Origin: Vibrio vulnificus CMCP6
GTDB taxonomy: Bacteria > Pseudomonadota > Gammaproteobacteria > Enterobacterales > Vibrionaceae
Reading direction: 5' to 3'
NCBI RefSeq assembly: GCF_000039765.1
Contig: NC_004459.3
Span: 690,001 to 722,000, forward strand
DNA: 32,000 bases
Shown: positions 10,579-22,694 of the stretch, in pieces
Position numbering within the stretch: the first letter of the stretch is position 1
Layout of the letters: the number at the start of each line of letters is the position of its first letter
Made by a program: the position numbers and the translations under genes
Notes under the pieces: generated by a model
Seen by the model: the letters and a program-made list of their open reading frames with translations, nothing else
What the model was told of the DNA's origin: nothing
Database searches by the model: none

Positions 10579-11016
10579 ATGTACAAACAGATTCTTGTTC
10601 CCGTCGATCTGAACGATAAAGGTTTTTCAGATAGAGCCGTTGAGCTCGCGGTGTGGCACGCGCGCCAAGCCAATGCTCAATTACATTTGCTCAACGTATT
10701 GCCCGGCATTCACATGTCGATGGTGGCGAGCTACTTCCCTAAAGATGCGGCACAGAAAATGAAGCAAGATGTGGTGCAACAACTTAAGAACTTTGCGGAT
10801 CAACACATTGCCGATGAAATTGTCTACAAAGTCCATGTTGCCGAAGGCAAACCTTACGCTACTATCTTAGAGTACGCAGAAAAGCTGGGGGCGGATTTGA
10901 TTATCATGCCAAGCCACAAACGTTCAAAAATCGATAAAGTGGTGCTCGGTTCTGTTGCCAGTAAAGTGGTTGAGAACTCACCCATTAACGTATTGGTGGT
11001 CAAACCGCAAGCTTAG
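10579..11016 (+). CDS. Universal stress protein family (UspA-like)
   Basis: MYKQILVPVDLNDKGFSDRAVELAV..., GADLIIMPSHKRSKIDKVVLGSVASKVVENSPINVLVVK ATP-binding Usp signature. Confidence 0.9.
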   Translation: MYKQILVPVDLNDKGFSDRAVELAVWHARQANAQLHLLNVLPGIHMSMVASYFPKDAAQKMKQDVVQQLKNFADQHIADEIVYKVHVAEGKPYATILEYAEKLGADLIIMPSHKRSKIDKVVLGSVASKVVENSPINVLVVKPQA

Positions 11017-11047
11017 TCCCGAATTTTACTCAGTTAAGCCGGAACAA

Positions 11048-11075
11048 AAAAAGGATGTCATATGACATCCTTTTT
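11048..11075 (+). terminator. Bidirectional rho-independent terminator between convergent usp and plsC
   Basis: AAAAAGGATGTCATATGACATCCTTTTT perfect palindrome followed by ATTTT. Confidence 0.85.
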
Positions 11076-11101
11076 ATTTTAATCATCGATTTTTAAGTGA
11101 A

Positions 11102-11827
11102 TCATTGCTGATTACGTAACTTCACTTCTTCATCCAAACTTTCTAATTTGGCTTTCATCTTTGCGCGACAGATTTCTGCAAGCTCGCGAATATGCTCTTT
11201 GCCATAACCTTCGGTGCTAATGGGATCCAACATTTCGACAATCACGTGGCCATTATTCCAACGATTCAATTTCAGTTGATCTGTTGAACTACATACGATC
11301 GGGATAATCGGTACGCCAGCGCCAATCGCAGCGTGAAAAGCGCCCGTTTTGAAAGGCATGAGACCACGACCGCGTGAGCGTGTGCCTTCAGGAAACATCC
11401 ATACCGAAACTTCACTTGCTTTCATGCTTGCCACTACCTGATCAATCGTCCCTTTGGCTTTGGTCTTATTCGCACGGTCAATCAAGATGTTACCCGTCAG
11501 CCAGTAAAGCTGTCCAAACAGCGGTAACCACGCTAGGCTCTTTTTGCCTACCGTGACAACTTTGGGTGTCACTGCCGCAGAAACGGTAAAGAGGTCCCAG
11601 TTATTTTGGTGGTTGGCAATGTAGATATGTTGGCCACGTTGGTAGGCATCTTCAGGAAGACGCAGTTCCAGCTTAATGCCAAATACACGCGACATTTTGG
11701 CAAACAGACGGCCAAAGGTGAACACATGCTTAGGGTTTCTAGGGCTAAGTAAACAGTAGCCACAACCAAAGACGAACATCACAACAGCAAACAACGCCGT
11801 TGCTAACAAACGCACTAGAGCAATCAT
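11102..11827 (-). CDS. plsC: 1-acyl-sn-glycerol-3-phosphate acyltransferase
   Basis: NHQNNWD (HX4D-type motif) and FPEGTRSRGRG motif. Confidence 0.93.
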   Translation of the reverse strand: MIALVRLLATALFAVVMFVFGCGYCLLSPRNPKHVFTFGRLFAKMSRVFGIKLELRLPEDAYQRGQHIYIANHQNNWDLFTVSAAVTPKVVTVGKKSLAWLPLFGQLYWLTGNILIDRANKTKAKGTIDQVVASMKASEVSVWMFPEGTRSRGRGLMPFKTGAFHAAIGAGVPIIPIVCSSTDQLKLNRWNNGHVIVEMLDPISTEGYGKEHIRELAEICRAKMKAKLESLDEEVKLRNQQ

Positions 11828-11925
11828 TTATAACTCCGGTATTCATTCAGATAGGCATTGCACTCCCAAGATATTGAAAGCCACGCTCTACTTCTCTGAC
11901 AAAAACAGCTTCTAAAATATAAAAA

Positions 11926-11947
11926 AGCCGAAACCTGTGTTTCGGCT
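11926..11947 (-). terminator. Rho-independent terminator downstream of murA
   Basis: AGCCGAAAC / GTTTCGGCT with 4 nt loop, T run on the minus strand. Confidence 0.85.
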
Positions 11948-11966
11948 ATATTGGTATCAACGTAGT

Positions 11967-13241
<1,275 letters not shown>

Positions 13242-13496
13242 TTAAAGAGACATCAGTTTCTTGTCACGTGCCCATTCGGCAGGCGTGTATGCTTTGATCG
13301 ACAAGGCATGAATATCATTGCGTTGGATGTAGTCCATGAGTGGTTTGTAGATCAGCTGTTGCTTCTTAACGCGGCTCATTCCTTCGAAACAAGCATCAAC
13401 AGCGACCACTTCATAGTGGCTACCTTCACCTTTTACATGCAACTCTTCAAGGTTGAGTGCTTCTTCTAGTAACTGTTGTACTTTTGCGCTATCCAC
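13242..13496 (-). CDS. ibaG: BolA family protein IbaG
   Basis: 84 aa BolA-like ORF ([35 protein letters not shown]...[11 protein letters not shown]) immediately upstream of murA. Confidence 0.92.
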   Translation of the reverse strand: MDSAKVQQLLEEALNLEELHVKGEGSHYEVVAVDACFEGMSRVKKQQLIYKPLMDYIQRNDIHALSIKAYTPAEWARDKKLMSL

Positions 13497-13499
13497 AAT

Positions 13500-13817
13500 T
13501 TACCCCTGATAACTTTGAATATGTTTGGCAACCACGGCTTCAACGTTGCTTAACTGAAACAGTGTGCGCAGTTGCGCTGGCACAAAACTCAGCATTATAT
13601 GACAGTTTTGCTTTTTTGCATGCTCTAATAAGTGAATTAGCATCACCATTCCGGCAGAATCCACCCGTTGTACGGTTTTTAGTGAGAATTCCACCTGACT
13701 ATTTCTTGGCTTCCAAGTCTGAGCAAAACGCCACAGTGATGGCACCTGTTCACGATCCAAATTACCACTTAAGCTGACTTTCTCGTCTGTCGATTGCTGC
13801 CATTGCGGGTGTGACAT
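13500..13817 (-). CDS. mlaB: STAS-domain lipid asymmetry maintenance protein MlaB
   Basis: STAS-like VQRVDSAGMVMLIHLLEHA; position in mla operon. Confidence 0.88.
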   Translation of the reverse strand: MSHPQWQQSTDEKVSLSGNLDREQVPSLWRFAQTWKPRNSQVEFSLKTVQRVDSAGMVMLIHLLEHAKKQNCHIMLSFVPAQLRTLFQLSNVEAVVAKHIQSYQG

Positions 13818-14452
13818 CAGTTTTTTGCCTCAAAACGAATCGGTTGTTTCGCTAATGCTTCCAGTTCGTTGGCGACGGCAAGAATACCATCTTGGCGAAT
13901 TTTACCATTCCACTCCGACTGCTTGCTGGAGAGTAAGCTGATCCCTTCGGCAACCATATCAAAAGCCAGCCAATCGCCGTTATTCTCACGACGCAATTTG
14001 AACTCTAGCTTAATGTTTGGACGGGGGGTATCAATGATATCAACTTTCACACTGGTGATGCGCTGGCCGTCTTCTACCTTAGGTTCCGGGCCAAAGAGAA
14101 TTTTCTGATCCGTGTATTGCGTCAATACCTGCGCATAAGAGCTCACTAAGTACGCGCGAAACGCGTCAATAAACGCGGTGACGTCTTCACGCTTTGACCC
14201 TTTTAGATTTGTACCCAATAACTTAAGTGCCGCGTACTTTTCATTCACGTATGGCATCAGCTCTTCTTCTACCACCACTTTGAGGTAGTCCGGATCTTGC
14301 TGAATTTTAGGTTGCTCTGCCTTTAAACGCGCAAAAGCCTGCTCTGAAACCTGCTTCATCATTTGATACGGCTCGGCTTTGTCCACTGCCGTGCTCGCCA
14401 ATACATTAAGCGACATCAACAGCGAGAGACAGGTCAAAAAGAATCGTTTCAT
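13817..14452 (-). CDS. mlaC: Phospholipid-binding periplasmic protein MlaC
   Basis: MKRFFLTCLSLLMSLNVLASTAVDKAEPYQMM... signal peptide; MlaC family; conserved start at 14452 rather than 14509. Confidence 0.93.
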   Translation of the reverse strand: MKRFFLTCLSLLMSLNVLASTAVDKAEPYQMMKQVSEQAFARLKAEQPKIQQDPDYLKVVVEEELMPYVNEKYAALKLLGTNLKGSKREDVTAFIDAFRAYLVSSYAQVLTQYTDQKILFGPEPKVEDGQRITSVKVDIIDTPRPNIKLEFKLRRENNGDWLAFDMVAEGISLLSSKQSEWNGKIRQDGILAVANELEALAKQPIRFEAKN

Positions 14453-14456
14453 CGAA

Positions 14457-14945
14457 TTAGTCCTTCTTAGTTTCATCTTTGTTGCCGACGCTATACAGCA
14501 CTTGGCCAATCAAATCTTCCAATACCAATGCCGATTTGGTGTCTTCAATAAAGTCACCATCTTTAAGCATCTGCTCGTCTTCAAAAACGAATCCTGGCAC
14601 TAAGCCAATATACTGCTCACCAATCAAGCCGGATGTTAGTATCTGCACACTCGAGGTTTCCGGAAACTGGTTGTAGAGACTGTTGATCGACAGCGATACG
14701 ACAGGCACCAAAGTTTCAGGATTCAACGAAATGTCGGATACGCGTCCAATCACCACCCCTCCCACCTTCACAGGCGAGCGCACTTTGAGACTACCGATGT
14801 TGTCAAACTGTGCTTTGAGCGTGTAAGTATTGCCCGAGCCTAGCCCCTTTACGTCAGCGACTTGAAAAATCATGACCAGAATTGCGCAAATTCCCGCCAA
14901 GACAAAGCTGCCAACCCATAATTCTGTTTTACGTGTTTGTTGCAT
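14457..14945 (-). CDS. mlaD: Outer membrane lipid asymmetry MCE-domain protein MlaD
   Basis: TM anchor plus MCE domain (YTLKAQFDNIGSLKVRSPVKVGGVVIGRVSDI). Confidence 0.95.
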   Translation of the reverse strand: MQQTRKTELWVGSFVLAGICAILVMIFQVADVKGLGSGNTYTLKAQFDNIGSLKVRSPVKVGGVVIGRVSDISLNPETLVPVVSLSINSLYNQFPETSSVQILTSGLIGEQYIGLVPGFVFEDEQMLKDGDFIEDTKSALVLEDLIGQVLYSVGNKDETKKD

Positions 14946-14947
14946 GT

Positions 14948-15736
14948 TTAATTCCCAAACATCAACGCAGTGAGGACAAAATCCAGCCCCAACACCGCTA
15001 AAGAAGAGTGAACCACCGTGCGAGTCGTCGCACGACTGATGCCTTCCGAAGTAGGAATAGCATCGTAACCATTAAAGAGCGCAATCCAAGTCACGGTAAT
15101 GGCAAAGACCACGCATTTGATCATGCTGTTACCAATATCTTGCCCTAACTCCACCGAAGCTTGCATGGCTGACCAAAAACTGCCGTGGTCGATGCCTTTC
15201 CAGTCAACACCCACCAATTGGCCGCCCCAAATACCCACGGCCATGAAGATCATCGCCAACAGCGGCATCGAGATAATGCCTGCCCACAATCTTGGCGCTA
15301 TGATTCTTTTTAGGGGGTCAACCGCCATCATTTCCATACTAGAAAGTTGCTCTGTCGCTTTCATCAGGCCAATTTCAGCCGTGAGCGCAGAGCCCGCTCG
15401 CCCAGCAAACAACAAAGCCGTCACAACTGGCCCTAGCTCACGCAATAACGACAGCGCGACCATTTGCCCTAGGCTGCCTTCTGCGCCGTAATCCACCAAA
15501 ATCACGTAGCCTTGTAGACTCAACACCATACCAATGAAGAGTCCAGAGACCACGATGATGGCTAAAGACTGCACCCCCACGTTATAGATTTGCTTTACCA
15601 ATAGTGGCAGCGTTTTTCGCGGTTGTGGTCTCCCCGCAAGTGCACCGGCAAGCATTAAGCTCGCCTTACCAAATGATTGACATAAGCTAAGGAAGCGACG
15701 CCCGAGCGCTGAAATCATGTCGACTAAGTTAGGCAT
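14948..15736 (-). CDS. mlaE: Lipid asymmetry ABC transporter permease MlaE
   Basis: [61 protein letters not shown] signature. Confidence 0.96.
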   Translation of the reverse strand: MPNLVDMISALGRRFLSLCQSFGKASLMLAGALAGRPQPRKTLPLLVKQIYNVGVQSLAIIVVSGLFIGMVLSLQGYVILVDYGAEGSLGQMVALSLLRELGPVVTALLFAGRAGSALTAEIGLMKATEQLSSMEMMAVDPLKRIIAPRLWAGIISMPLLAMIFMAVGIWGGQLVGVDWKGIDHGSFWSAMQASVELGQDIGNSMIKCVVFAITVTWIALFNGYDAIPTSEGISRATTRTVVHSSLAVLGLDFVLTALMFGN

Positions 15737-16532
15737 CGTGAAATAAATCCTTTTCTATTGGTTGCGCGGGAAAACGAAACGGCACAGGACCATCCGCTTC
15801 ACCCAATAAAAATTGTTGAACACGAGGATCGCTGTTGTTACGCAATTCCTCTGGTGTGCCTTTCGCGATCACTTTGCCATCCGCCAGCAGATACACCCAA
15901 TCGGCAATGCTCATCACCTCCGGAACATCATGAGAAACGACAACGGCCGTGACCCCTAAGGCACTGTTCAAATTACGAATCAACTCAACCAGCACCCCCA
16001 TGGTGATCGGATCCTGGCCAACAAAGGGTTCGTCATACATGATCAGTTCTGGGTCGAGCGCAATGGCTCTTGCTAGGGCAGCTCGACGAGCCATGCCGCC
16101 GGATAACTCACTTGGCATCAGTTCAGCAGCCCCTCTCAGGCCAACCGCTTCAAGCTTCAATAACACTAAAGTGCGAATGAGTGAGTCACTCAGTTGAGTG
16201 TGTTCACGTAAAGGAAAGGCGACGTTATCGAAGACATTGAGATCAGTAAACAGCGCGCCGGATTGAAACAGCATGCTCATTTTTTTTCTGGCGTGATAAA
16301 GCTTAGAGCGAGACAAACTAGGAATATTGACACCATCAAACCAAATCTCACCACTTTCCGGCAAGATTTGCCCACCAATCAGGCGAAGCAATGTGGTCTT
16401 TCCAATTCCAGATGGCCCCATGATGGCCGTCACTTTTCCTTTGGGAATACGCAAATCGATGTTGTCGAAAATCTTACGTTGGCCACGGGAAAACGTCAGT
16501 CCATGAATCGTTACTAAATCGTTGTGTGACAT
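15729..16532 (-). CDS. mlaF: Lipid asymmetry ABC transporter ATP-binding protein MlaF
   Basis: Walker [10 protein letters not shown], signature LSGGMARR, Walker [14 protein letters not shown]. Confidence 0.96.
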   Translation of the reverse strand: MSHNDLVTIHGLTFSRGQRKIFDNIDLRIPKGKVTAIMGPSGIGKTTLLRLIGGQILPESGEIWFDGVNIPSLSRSKLYHARKKMSMLFQSGALFTDLNVFDNVAFPLREHTQLSDSLIRTLVLLKLEAVGLRGAAELMPSELSGGMARRAALARAIALDPELIMYDEPFVGQDPITMGVLVELIRNLNSALGVTAVVVSHDVPEVMSIADWVYLLADGKVIAKGTPEELRNNSDPRVQQFLLGEADGPVPFRFPAQPIEKDLFHDA

Positions 16533-16878
16533 ACTCTCTCTTTATTTACTCAGGTATTCCCCTGCGTTTTTTCATCGCGATTGTGTCGATTGGCGACAAA
16601 TTCGGCAAGCCATGATAAGCAGATTATTTCAGAATTAAAAGCAGTGTTCGATTAATTCCTTTGAACCATCACTCAATTCAATAGACTTTCTTTCTGCACT
16701 CTTTATCAATCCTACCGAAAAATAACACCTTATCGGCTCATCTCTCATTTTCCTTACATATTAGCCTTTACCGCTTACGAGGATGTAATTTGTTACCACT
16801 TTGGCTTCCATTTTTGTCGGCAAAAGGTCAAAATTAGCGGTTAATCATTCAACTTATCATTACTTTCTGGAACTTATC

Positions 16879-17844
16879 ATGCTCGAAGCCGTCGCGCTGC
16901 TTATCGTTGGTCTCATTTTGTTAGTCTGGAGTGCCGACAAACTTGTTTTTGGTTCAGCCGCCCTCGCTCGCAATATCGGTATTTCTCCATTGGTCATCGG
17001 TATGACCATCCTCGCAATGGGCTCCTCCGCACCAGAAATGATGGTTTCAGCCACCGCTGCACTTGACGGTAAAACCGATACCGCAGTGGGTAATGTTTTA
17101 GGTTCGAATATCGCCAACATCGCCCTGATTCTTGGTATTACCGCGTTAGTTCGCCCACTGTCGATCAACTCTGCCGTAGTACGTCGTGAGTTGCCGCTCA
17201 TGATTGGTGTGACTATCTTGGCTGGCATCCTGCTTTGGGATAGTCACCTTGGTTTCTATGAAGGCGTGCTGCTGTTTGTTTTATTTACCTTATTCCTAGT
17301 CGCGATGCTGCAAATCAGCCGTCGTGAACAAAAAACCGGAGATGCCTTCTTAGAAGAGCAAGAGTCGGAAATTCCTCAAGGCGTCAGCAATCCAAAAGCC
17401 GCAATGTGGATCGTCATTGGTCTGATCCTTTTACCACTCGCGGCCGATATGCTAGTGGATAATGCGGTCATCATTGCCAAATACTTTGGCATGAGTGATT
17501 TGGTGATTGGTTTAACCATTATTGCCGTGGGTACCAGCTTGCCGGAGCTGGCCGCGTCTTTGGCGGGCGCTCTGAAAGGTGAAGATGACATGGCGGTCGG
17601 TAACATCATCGGATCCAACGTTTTCAATATTCTTGCCGTGATGGGGATCCCCGGTATTCTCAACCCATCATTTATTAGTGAATACGCAATGGGACGTGAT
17701 TTTTGGGTAATGCTGGCGATTTCCTTACTTTTGGTTGTCATGGCATTGGGCAAATCTCGCAGAATTAGTCGTACCGAAGGTGGTATTCTACTGACCTGCT
17801 TTATCGGTTATCAGGCCTATCTGTTAATGAACATGGCAGCGTAA
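16879..17844 (+). CDS. yrbG: Calcium/sodium antiporter YrbG-like
   Basis: Duplicated Na/Ca exchanger repeats (GSSAPEMMVSATAAL...GNVLGSNIANI and GTSLPELAASLAGAL...GNIIGSNVFNI). Start MLEAVALLIVGL at 16879 preferred over 16801. Confidence 0.93.
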   Translation: MLEAVALLIVGLILLVWSADKLVFGSAALARNIGISPLVIGMTILAMGSSAPEMMVSATAALDGKTDTAVGNVLGSNIANIALILGITALVRPLSINSAVVRRELPLMIGVTILAGILLWDSHLGFYEGVLLFVLFTLFLVAMLQISRREQKTGDAFLEEQESEIPQGVSNPKAAMWIVIGLILLPLAADMLVDNAVIIAKYFGMSDLVIGLTIIAVGTSLPELAASLAGALKGEDDMAVGNIIGSNVFNILAVMGIPGILNPSFISEYAMGRDFWVMLAISLLLVVMALGKSRRISRTEGGILLTCFIGYQAYLLMNMAA

Positions 17845-17865
17845 GCTGTTTCGCTAGGAGTACAC

Positions 17866-18837
17866 ATGACCCTGTCCTTTGATTATCGTGCGGTAGCAAA
17901 GCAAGTTTTAGCCACGGAAATACGCGGTCTTGAGCAGTTATCGCAATATTTTGATGAGCAATTTGAGCAAGCGTGCGAATTAATCCTGAATAACGCTGGA
18001 AAAGTGGTTGTTATGGGGATGGGGAAATCAGGCCATATCGGGAAAAAGATCGCCGCCTCGTTAGCCAGCACTGGCACTTCCTCGTTCTTTGTCCATCCAG
18101 GGGAAGCTTCGCACGGTGACTTAGGAATGATCGAACGTGGGGACATCGTCCTTGCCATTTCCAACTCCGGTGAATCCTCAGAAATTCTCGCGCTCTTTCC
18201 GGTGTTAAAGCGATTGGGTATCCGCATCATCAGCATGACTGGCAAACCCAGCTCAACCATGGCAAAACTGGCCGATTACCATTTACAGATCACCGTTCCT
18301 GAAGAAGCGTGCCCGCTGGGTTTGGCTCCAACCACCAGCACAACGGCTACCTTAGTGATGGGCGATGCCATTGCGGTGGCTCTGCTGCAAGCTCGCGGCT
18401 TTACCGCTGAGGATTTCGCACTGTCCCATCCTGGTGGCGCGCTGGGAAGAAAGCTATTATTGAAACTCAACGACATCATGCATACGGGCGAACAGTTACC
18501 ACGCGTCTCTCCGAATGCTTTAGTGCGTGATGCGTTATTGGAGATCTCCCAAAAAGGCCTTGGCATGACGGCCATTGTGGATCACGACAATCTGTTGCTC
18601 GGCATTTTTACTGACGGAGACTTACGTCGTATCTTAGATAAGCGTGTCGACATCCACAGCGCACAGATCGGCGAAGTGATGACCAAACACCCAACGGTTG
18701 CCAATCCAAGCATGCTCGCGGTTGAAGGGCTCAATCTCATGCAACAAAAGAAAATTAACGGTTTAATGTTGTGCCAAGATGGTAAACTGGTTGGCGCATT
18801 AAATATGCACGATTTATTGAAAGCGGGAGTCATGTAG
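17866..18837 (+). CDS. kdsD: Arabinose-5-phosphate isomerase KdsD
   Basis: SIS domain (VVVMGMGKSGHIGKKIAASLASTGT) plus C-terminal CBS pair. Confidence 0.96.
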   Translation: MTLSFDYRAVAKQVLATEIRGLEQLSQYFDEQFEQACELILNNAGKVVVMGMGKSGHIGKKIAASLASTGTSSFFVHPGEASHGDLGMIERGDIVLAISNSGESSEILALFPVLKRLGIRIISMTGKPSSTMAKLADYHLQITVPEEACPLGLAPTTSTTATLVMGDAIAVALLQARGFTAEDFALSHPGGALGRKLLLKLNDIMHTGEQLPRVSPNALVRDALLEISQKGLGMTAIVDHDNLLLGIFTDGDLRRILDKRVDIHSAQIGEVMTKHPTVANPSMLAVEGLNLMQQKKINGLMLCQDGKLVGALNMHDLLKAGVM

Positions 18838-19394
18838 TGACGAAATTCGTTGAAACTTTATACGGTCCAGTAGAGCAAGCGATCGTCGATATTGCCCGCG
18901 ATATTAAACTTCTCATTTGTGATGTGGATGGGGTATTTTCTGACGGTCTGATTTATATGGGCAATCAGGGAGAAGAGTTGAAAACCTTCCACACCCGAGA
19001 CGGTTATGGCGTCAAAGCACTCATGAATGCGGGCATTGAAATTGCGATTATTACAGGTCGTCAGTCACAGATCGTCGAAAACCGAATGAAGGCATTAGGT
19101 ATTTCACTCATTTATCAAGGTCAGGATGATAAAGTCCGCGCCTACTACGATATTTGTGACAAACTCTCCATCCTCCCAGAACAAACCGGGTATATTGGAG
19201 ACGATTTAATCGACTGGCCTGTGATGGAAAAAGTCGCACTACAAGTTTGTGTTGCAGATGGTCATCCATTACTGGCACAACGCGCCAACTATGTTACCCG
19301 CATTAAGGGGGGGCATGGCGCAGTGCGTGAAGTTTGCGATCTCATTTTACAGGCACGTGGAGAATTAGACGCTCACAAAGGTCTGAGTATATGA
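18837..19394 (+). CDS. kdsC: 3-deoxy-manno-octulosonate-8-phosphatase KdsC (GTG start overlapping kdsD stop)
   Basis: HAD motif LLICDVDGVFSDGLIYMGNQGEELKTFHTRDGYGVK. Confidence 0.96.
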   Translation: MTKFVETLYGPVEQAIVDIARDIKLLICDVDGVFSDGLIYMGNQGEELKTFHTRDGYGVKALMNAGIEIAIITGRQSQIVENRMKALGISLIYQGQDDKVRAYYDICDKLSILPEQTGYIGDDLIDWPVMEKVALQVCVADGHPLLAQRANYVTRIKGGHGAVREVCDLILQARGELDAHKGLSI

Positions 19395-19954
19395 GTTTTT
19401 CTCGGCTGATTTATTTACTGCTGTTTTTCGTTGTGAGTTGGTCTTGCTACTACTTGTATGGCCAACGTGAAGCTCAATCGGTACAAGTGGCACCCAATTT
19501 AGAGCTACCGATGTTTAGTGGCGAATCACTCAATAACATCAGCTATAACTCTGATGGCATACGAAGCCATCAGATCTCTTCGTCACATTTGGATCACTAT
19601 GCCAAAAGTGGCGATACCGTTTTTGAAAATCCGAGTTTAGTCATCTACCGCGATGGCGACACGATCGAATGGAAAATCACAGCTCGACGCGCCGTGCTGG
19701 ATGAAGAACAAGTTTTGACCCTCTCCGACCACGTGAGAATGCAAAACTTGTTGCCAGGTGCCAGCTTCGAAATGCTGTCTACGGACAAACTGGAAATCGA
19801 TCTGTCGAATCGAGATTTTCATGCTGACCAGCAGGTTTTATTGATTGGTCCACAATTTGAAACCACCGGAGAAGCGATGAAGGGTAACCTGAAAACCAAC
19901 ACAGCGACTCTGTATAATCATGTACAAGGTAGATATGAAACCCTTACACCTTAG
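19391..19954 (+). CDS. lptC: LPS export ABC transporter periplasmic protein LptC
   Basis: Single N-terminal TM and LptC-like body; ATGA overlap with kdsC stop; start 19391 preferred over 19334. Confidence 0.92.
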   Translation: MSFSRLIYLLLFFVVSWSCYYLYGQREAQSVQVAPNLELPMFSGESLNNISYNSDGIRSHQISSSHLDHYAKSGDTVFENPSLVIYRDGDTIEWKITARRAVLDEEQVLTLSDHVRMQNLLPGASFEMLSTDKLEIDLSNRDFHADQQVLLIGPQFETTGEAMKGNLKTNTATLYNHVQGRYETLTP

Positions 19955-20429
19955 TCTTTTTGCTCTTATGCTGGCCACCAGCAACGCCTATGCGTTGAAA
20001 TCTGACACTCAGCAGCCTGTTTATATTGATTCCGATTCACAGCAATTAGATATGCGTAGTAATCAAGTCATCTTTGATGGCGACGTTTCTCTCAAACAGG
20101 GCAGCATCAATATCAATGCCGATAAAATCGTCGTCACACGCGATCCTGAGAGCAATACGATTAAAAAGATCGAAGCCTTTGGCCAGCCTGCGACCTTTTC
20201 ACAATTGATGGATGACGGCAAAACGCTCAGCGGCAGCGCTAAACAGCTCGATTACAGCATCGATAACGATCAGTTGACGATGAAAGGTCAAGCGGAGCTT
20301 GCGCAAGACAACAACGTCATCAAAGGTTCGTCAATTGTCTACCAAATTGCTTTACAAAAACTGATGGCTGATAGCTCTAAAAATGAGCGTGTCACCACCG
20401 TTTTACAGCCAAGTCAGGTGAATAACTAA
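19935..20429 (+). CDS. lptA: LPS transport periplasmic protein LptA
   Basis: Signal peptide, then [43 protein letters not shown]-like OstA/LptA repeat pattern ([13 protein letters not shown] approximates the sequence [14 protein letters not shown]); start at 19935 likely. Confidence 0.92.
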   Translation: MKPLHLSLFALMLATSNAYALKSDTQQPVYIDSDSQQLDMRSNQVIFDGDVSLKQGSININADKIVVTRDPESNTIKKIEAFGQPATFSQLMDDGKTLSGSAKQLDYSIDNDQLTMKGQAELAQDNNVIKGSSIVYQIALQKLMADSSKNERVTTVLQPSQVNN

Positions 20430-21154
20430 TGGCGGTATTGAGCGCAAAACACTTAGCGAAAAGCTATAAAAAACGCAAAGTCGTTACAGACGTTAGCTTG
20501 CAGGTTGAATCAGGCCAAATCGTGGGATTACTGGGCCCCAACGGCGCAGGCAAAACCACCTCGTTTTACATGATTGTAGGACTGGTGCCTCGCGATGAAG
20601 GCTCCATTAAGATTGATGATCGTGACATCAGTATTCTTCCGATGCATAGCCGCTCTAAATTGGGCATTGGTTATTTGCCGCAAGAAGCGTCGATTTTCCG
20701 TAAGCTCTCTGTTGAAGACAACATCATGGCGGTTTTGCAAACTCGCAACGAGCTCACGCGCGAAGAACGTCAGGACAAACTGGAAGACCTATTAGAAGAG
20801 TTCCACATTCAGCACATTCGTCACAGCGCGGGCATGGCATTATCCGGTGGTGAACGACGCCGAGTGGAAATTGCCCGAGCGTTAGCGGCCAACCCACAGT
20901 TCATTCTATTGGATGAACCTTTTGCCGGCGTTGACCCTATTTCGGTCATTGATATCAAAAAAATTATCGAACATCTGCGCGATCGAGGCTTAGGTGTCCT
21001 GATTACCGACCACAACGTACGTGAAACCTTAGACGTCTGTGAAAAAGCCTACATCGTTAGCCAAGGTCGTTTGATTGCGGAAGGAACACCTGAACAAGTT
21101 CTCAACAATGAACAGGTAAAACAAGTTTATCTCGGCGAACAATTCCGACTATGA
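20429..21154 (+). CDS. lptB: LPS export ABC transporter ATP-binding protein LptB
   Basis: [38 protein letters not shown]. Confidence 0.98.
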   Translation: MAVLSAKHLAKSYKKRKVVTDVSLQVESGQIVGLLGPNGAGKTTSFYMIVGLVPRDEGSIKIDDRDISILPMHSRSKLGIGYLPQEASIFRKLSVEDNIMAVLQTRNELTREERQDKLEDLLEEFHIQHIRHSAGMALSGGERRRVEIARALAANPQFILLDEPFAGVDPISVIDIKKIIEHLRDRGLGVLITDHNVRETLDVCEKAYIVSQGRLIAEGTPEQVLNNEQVKQVYLGEQFRL

Positions 21155-21207
21155 TTAAATGAAGAACAACAGAACCAATTACGAGAATAAAAGGTAAGTA
21201 CTACTGA

Positions 21208-22671
21208 ATGAAACCTTCATTACAACTCAAGCTAGGTCAACAGTTAGCCATGACGCCTCAGCTCCAGCAGGCCATACGTTTGCTGCAGCTGTCCACCTTG
21301 GATTTACAACAAGAAATCCAAGAAGCGCTGGAATCAAATCCCTTATTGGAAGTGGAAGAGCATCAAGAAGAAGCGCAACTGAATGGCGAAGAGAAAGCGA
21401 TCAATGAAGGTTCCGATTCTGATGATTTTTCTGTTGAGATCGACATTCCCGACAGCTCTGATGTGATTGAAAAATCCGAGATCAGTAGCGAACTGGAAAT
21501 CGACACCACCTGGGATGACGTTTACAGTGCCAACTCTGGCAATACGGGCATCGCACTCGACGATGACATGCCGGTCTATCAAGGTGAAACGACGGAAACA
21601 CTGCACGACTACTTACAGTGGCAACTGGATTTAACCCCGTTTAGCGATACTGACCGCATGATCGCCTTTGCCATCATTGATGCCGTCGACGACACTGGCT
21701 ACCTCACTATCAGCCCTGAAGAGATCTTAGAAAGCCTGAACAGCGTCGATATCGAACTCGACGAAGTGGAAGCCGTACGCAAACGCATCCAACAGTTCGA
21801 TCCCCTTGGTGTCGCGTCGCAAAACCTACAAGAATGCTTGCTGCTACAACTGGCCACATTTCCTATCGAGACCCCTTGGCTAGCCGAAGCCAAAATGGTC
21901 CTGAGCCATCACATTGATGCGCTAGGCAATCGCGATTACAAGCTGATCGTCAAAGAAGCGAAGCTTAAAGAAGAAGACCTACGTGAAACGCTCAAACTGA
22001 TCCAGCAACTTGATCCAAGGCCTGGCAGTAAGATCAATGCCATCGAGCCTGAGTACGTGATTCCAGATGTCTCCGTATTTAAAGAGCATGGCAAATGGAG
22101 TGTCGCGATCAATCCAGACAGCATTCCAAAATTAAAAGTAAATCAACAGTATGCGCAACTAGGCAAAGGCAGCAGCGCCGATAGCCAGTACATTCGCAGC
22201 AATTTGCAAGAGGCGAAATGGTTAATTAAGAGCCTTGAGAGCAGAAACGAGACGCTGCTCAAAGTTGCACGTTGCATAGTTGAACATCAACATGATTTCT
22301 TCGAGTATGGGGAAGAAGCAATGAAACCTATGGTGCTAAATGATGTGGCAACCGCGGTTGAGATGCATGAATCCACCATCTCACGCGTGACAACCCAGAA
22401 GTTTATGCACACGCCTAGAGGTATCTTTGAATTGAAATATTTCTTCTCTAGCCATGTTAGTACGGATAGTGGAGGAGAATGTTCATCGACAGCAATTCGC
22501 GCACTCATTAAGAAGTTAGTCACTGCCGAAAACAGTGCGAAACCACTGAGTGATAGCAAAATTGCTGCCTTACTGGCAGACCAAGGAATCCAGGTCGCAC
22601 GGCGAACGATAGCTAAGTACCGCGAGTCCTTAGGCATTGCCCCATCTAGTCAGCGAAAACGCCTACTTTAG
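21208..22671 (+). CDS. rpoN: RNA polymerase sigma-54 factor
   Basis: N-terminal Gln-rich [25 protein letters not shown] activator region; C-terminal RpoN box [11 protein letters not shown]. Confidence 0.99.
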   Translation: MKPSLQLKLGQQLAMTPQLQQAIRLLQLSTLDLQQEIQEALESNPLLEVEEHQEEAQLNGEEKAINEGSDSDDFSVEIDIPDSSDVIEKSEISSELEIDTTWDDVYSANSGNTGIALDDDMPVYQGETTETLHDYLQWQLDLTPFSDTDRMIAFAIIDAVDDTGYLTISPEEILESLNSVDIELDEVEAVRKRIQQFDPLGVASQNLQECLLLQLATFPIETPWLAEAKMVLSHHIDALGNRDYKLIVKEAKLKEEDLRETLKLIQQLDPRPGSKINAIEPEYVIPDVSVFKEHGKWSVAINPDSIPKLKVNQQYAQLGKGSSADSQYIRSNLQEAKWLIKSLESRNETLLKVARCIVEHQHDFFEYGEEAMKPMVLNDVATAVEMHESTISRVTTQKFMHTPRGIFELKYFFSSHVSTDSGGECSSTAIRALIKKLVTAENSAKPLSDSKIAALLADQGIQVARRTIAKYRESLGIAPSSQRKRLL

Positions 22672-22694
22672 GCCTCAACTGAAAAGGAAAGTCT

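Noticed and set aside
15099-15491. 130 aa plus-strand ORF antisense to mlaE
   Set aside because: Antisense frame of a conserved membrane protein gene, no independent support.
16860-18833. Series of minus-strand ORFs (122, 125, 125, 99, 83 aa) opposite yrbG and kdsD
   Set aside because: Considered as a hidden antisense gene cluster, but each is the reverse frame of a conserved gene; no spacing or domain pattern supports it.
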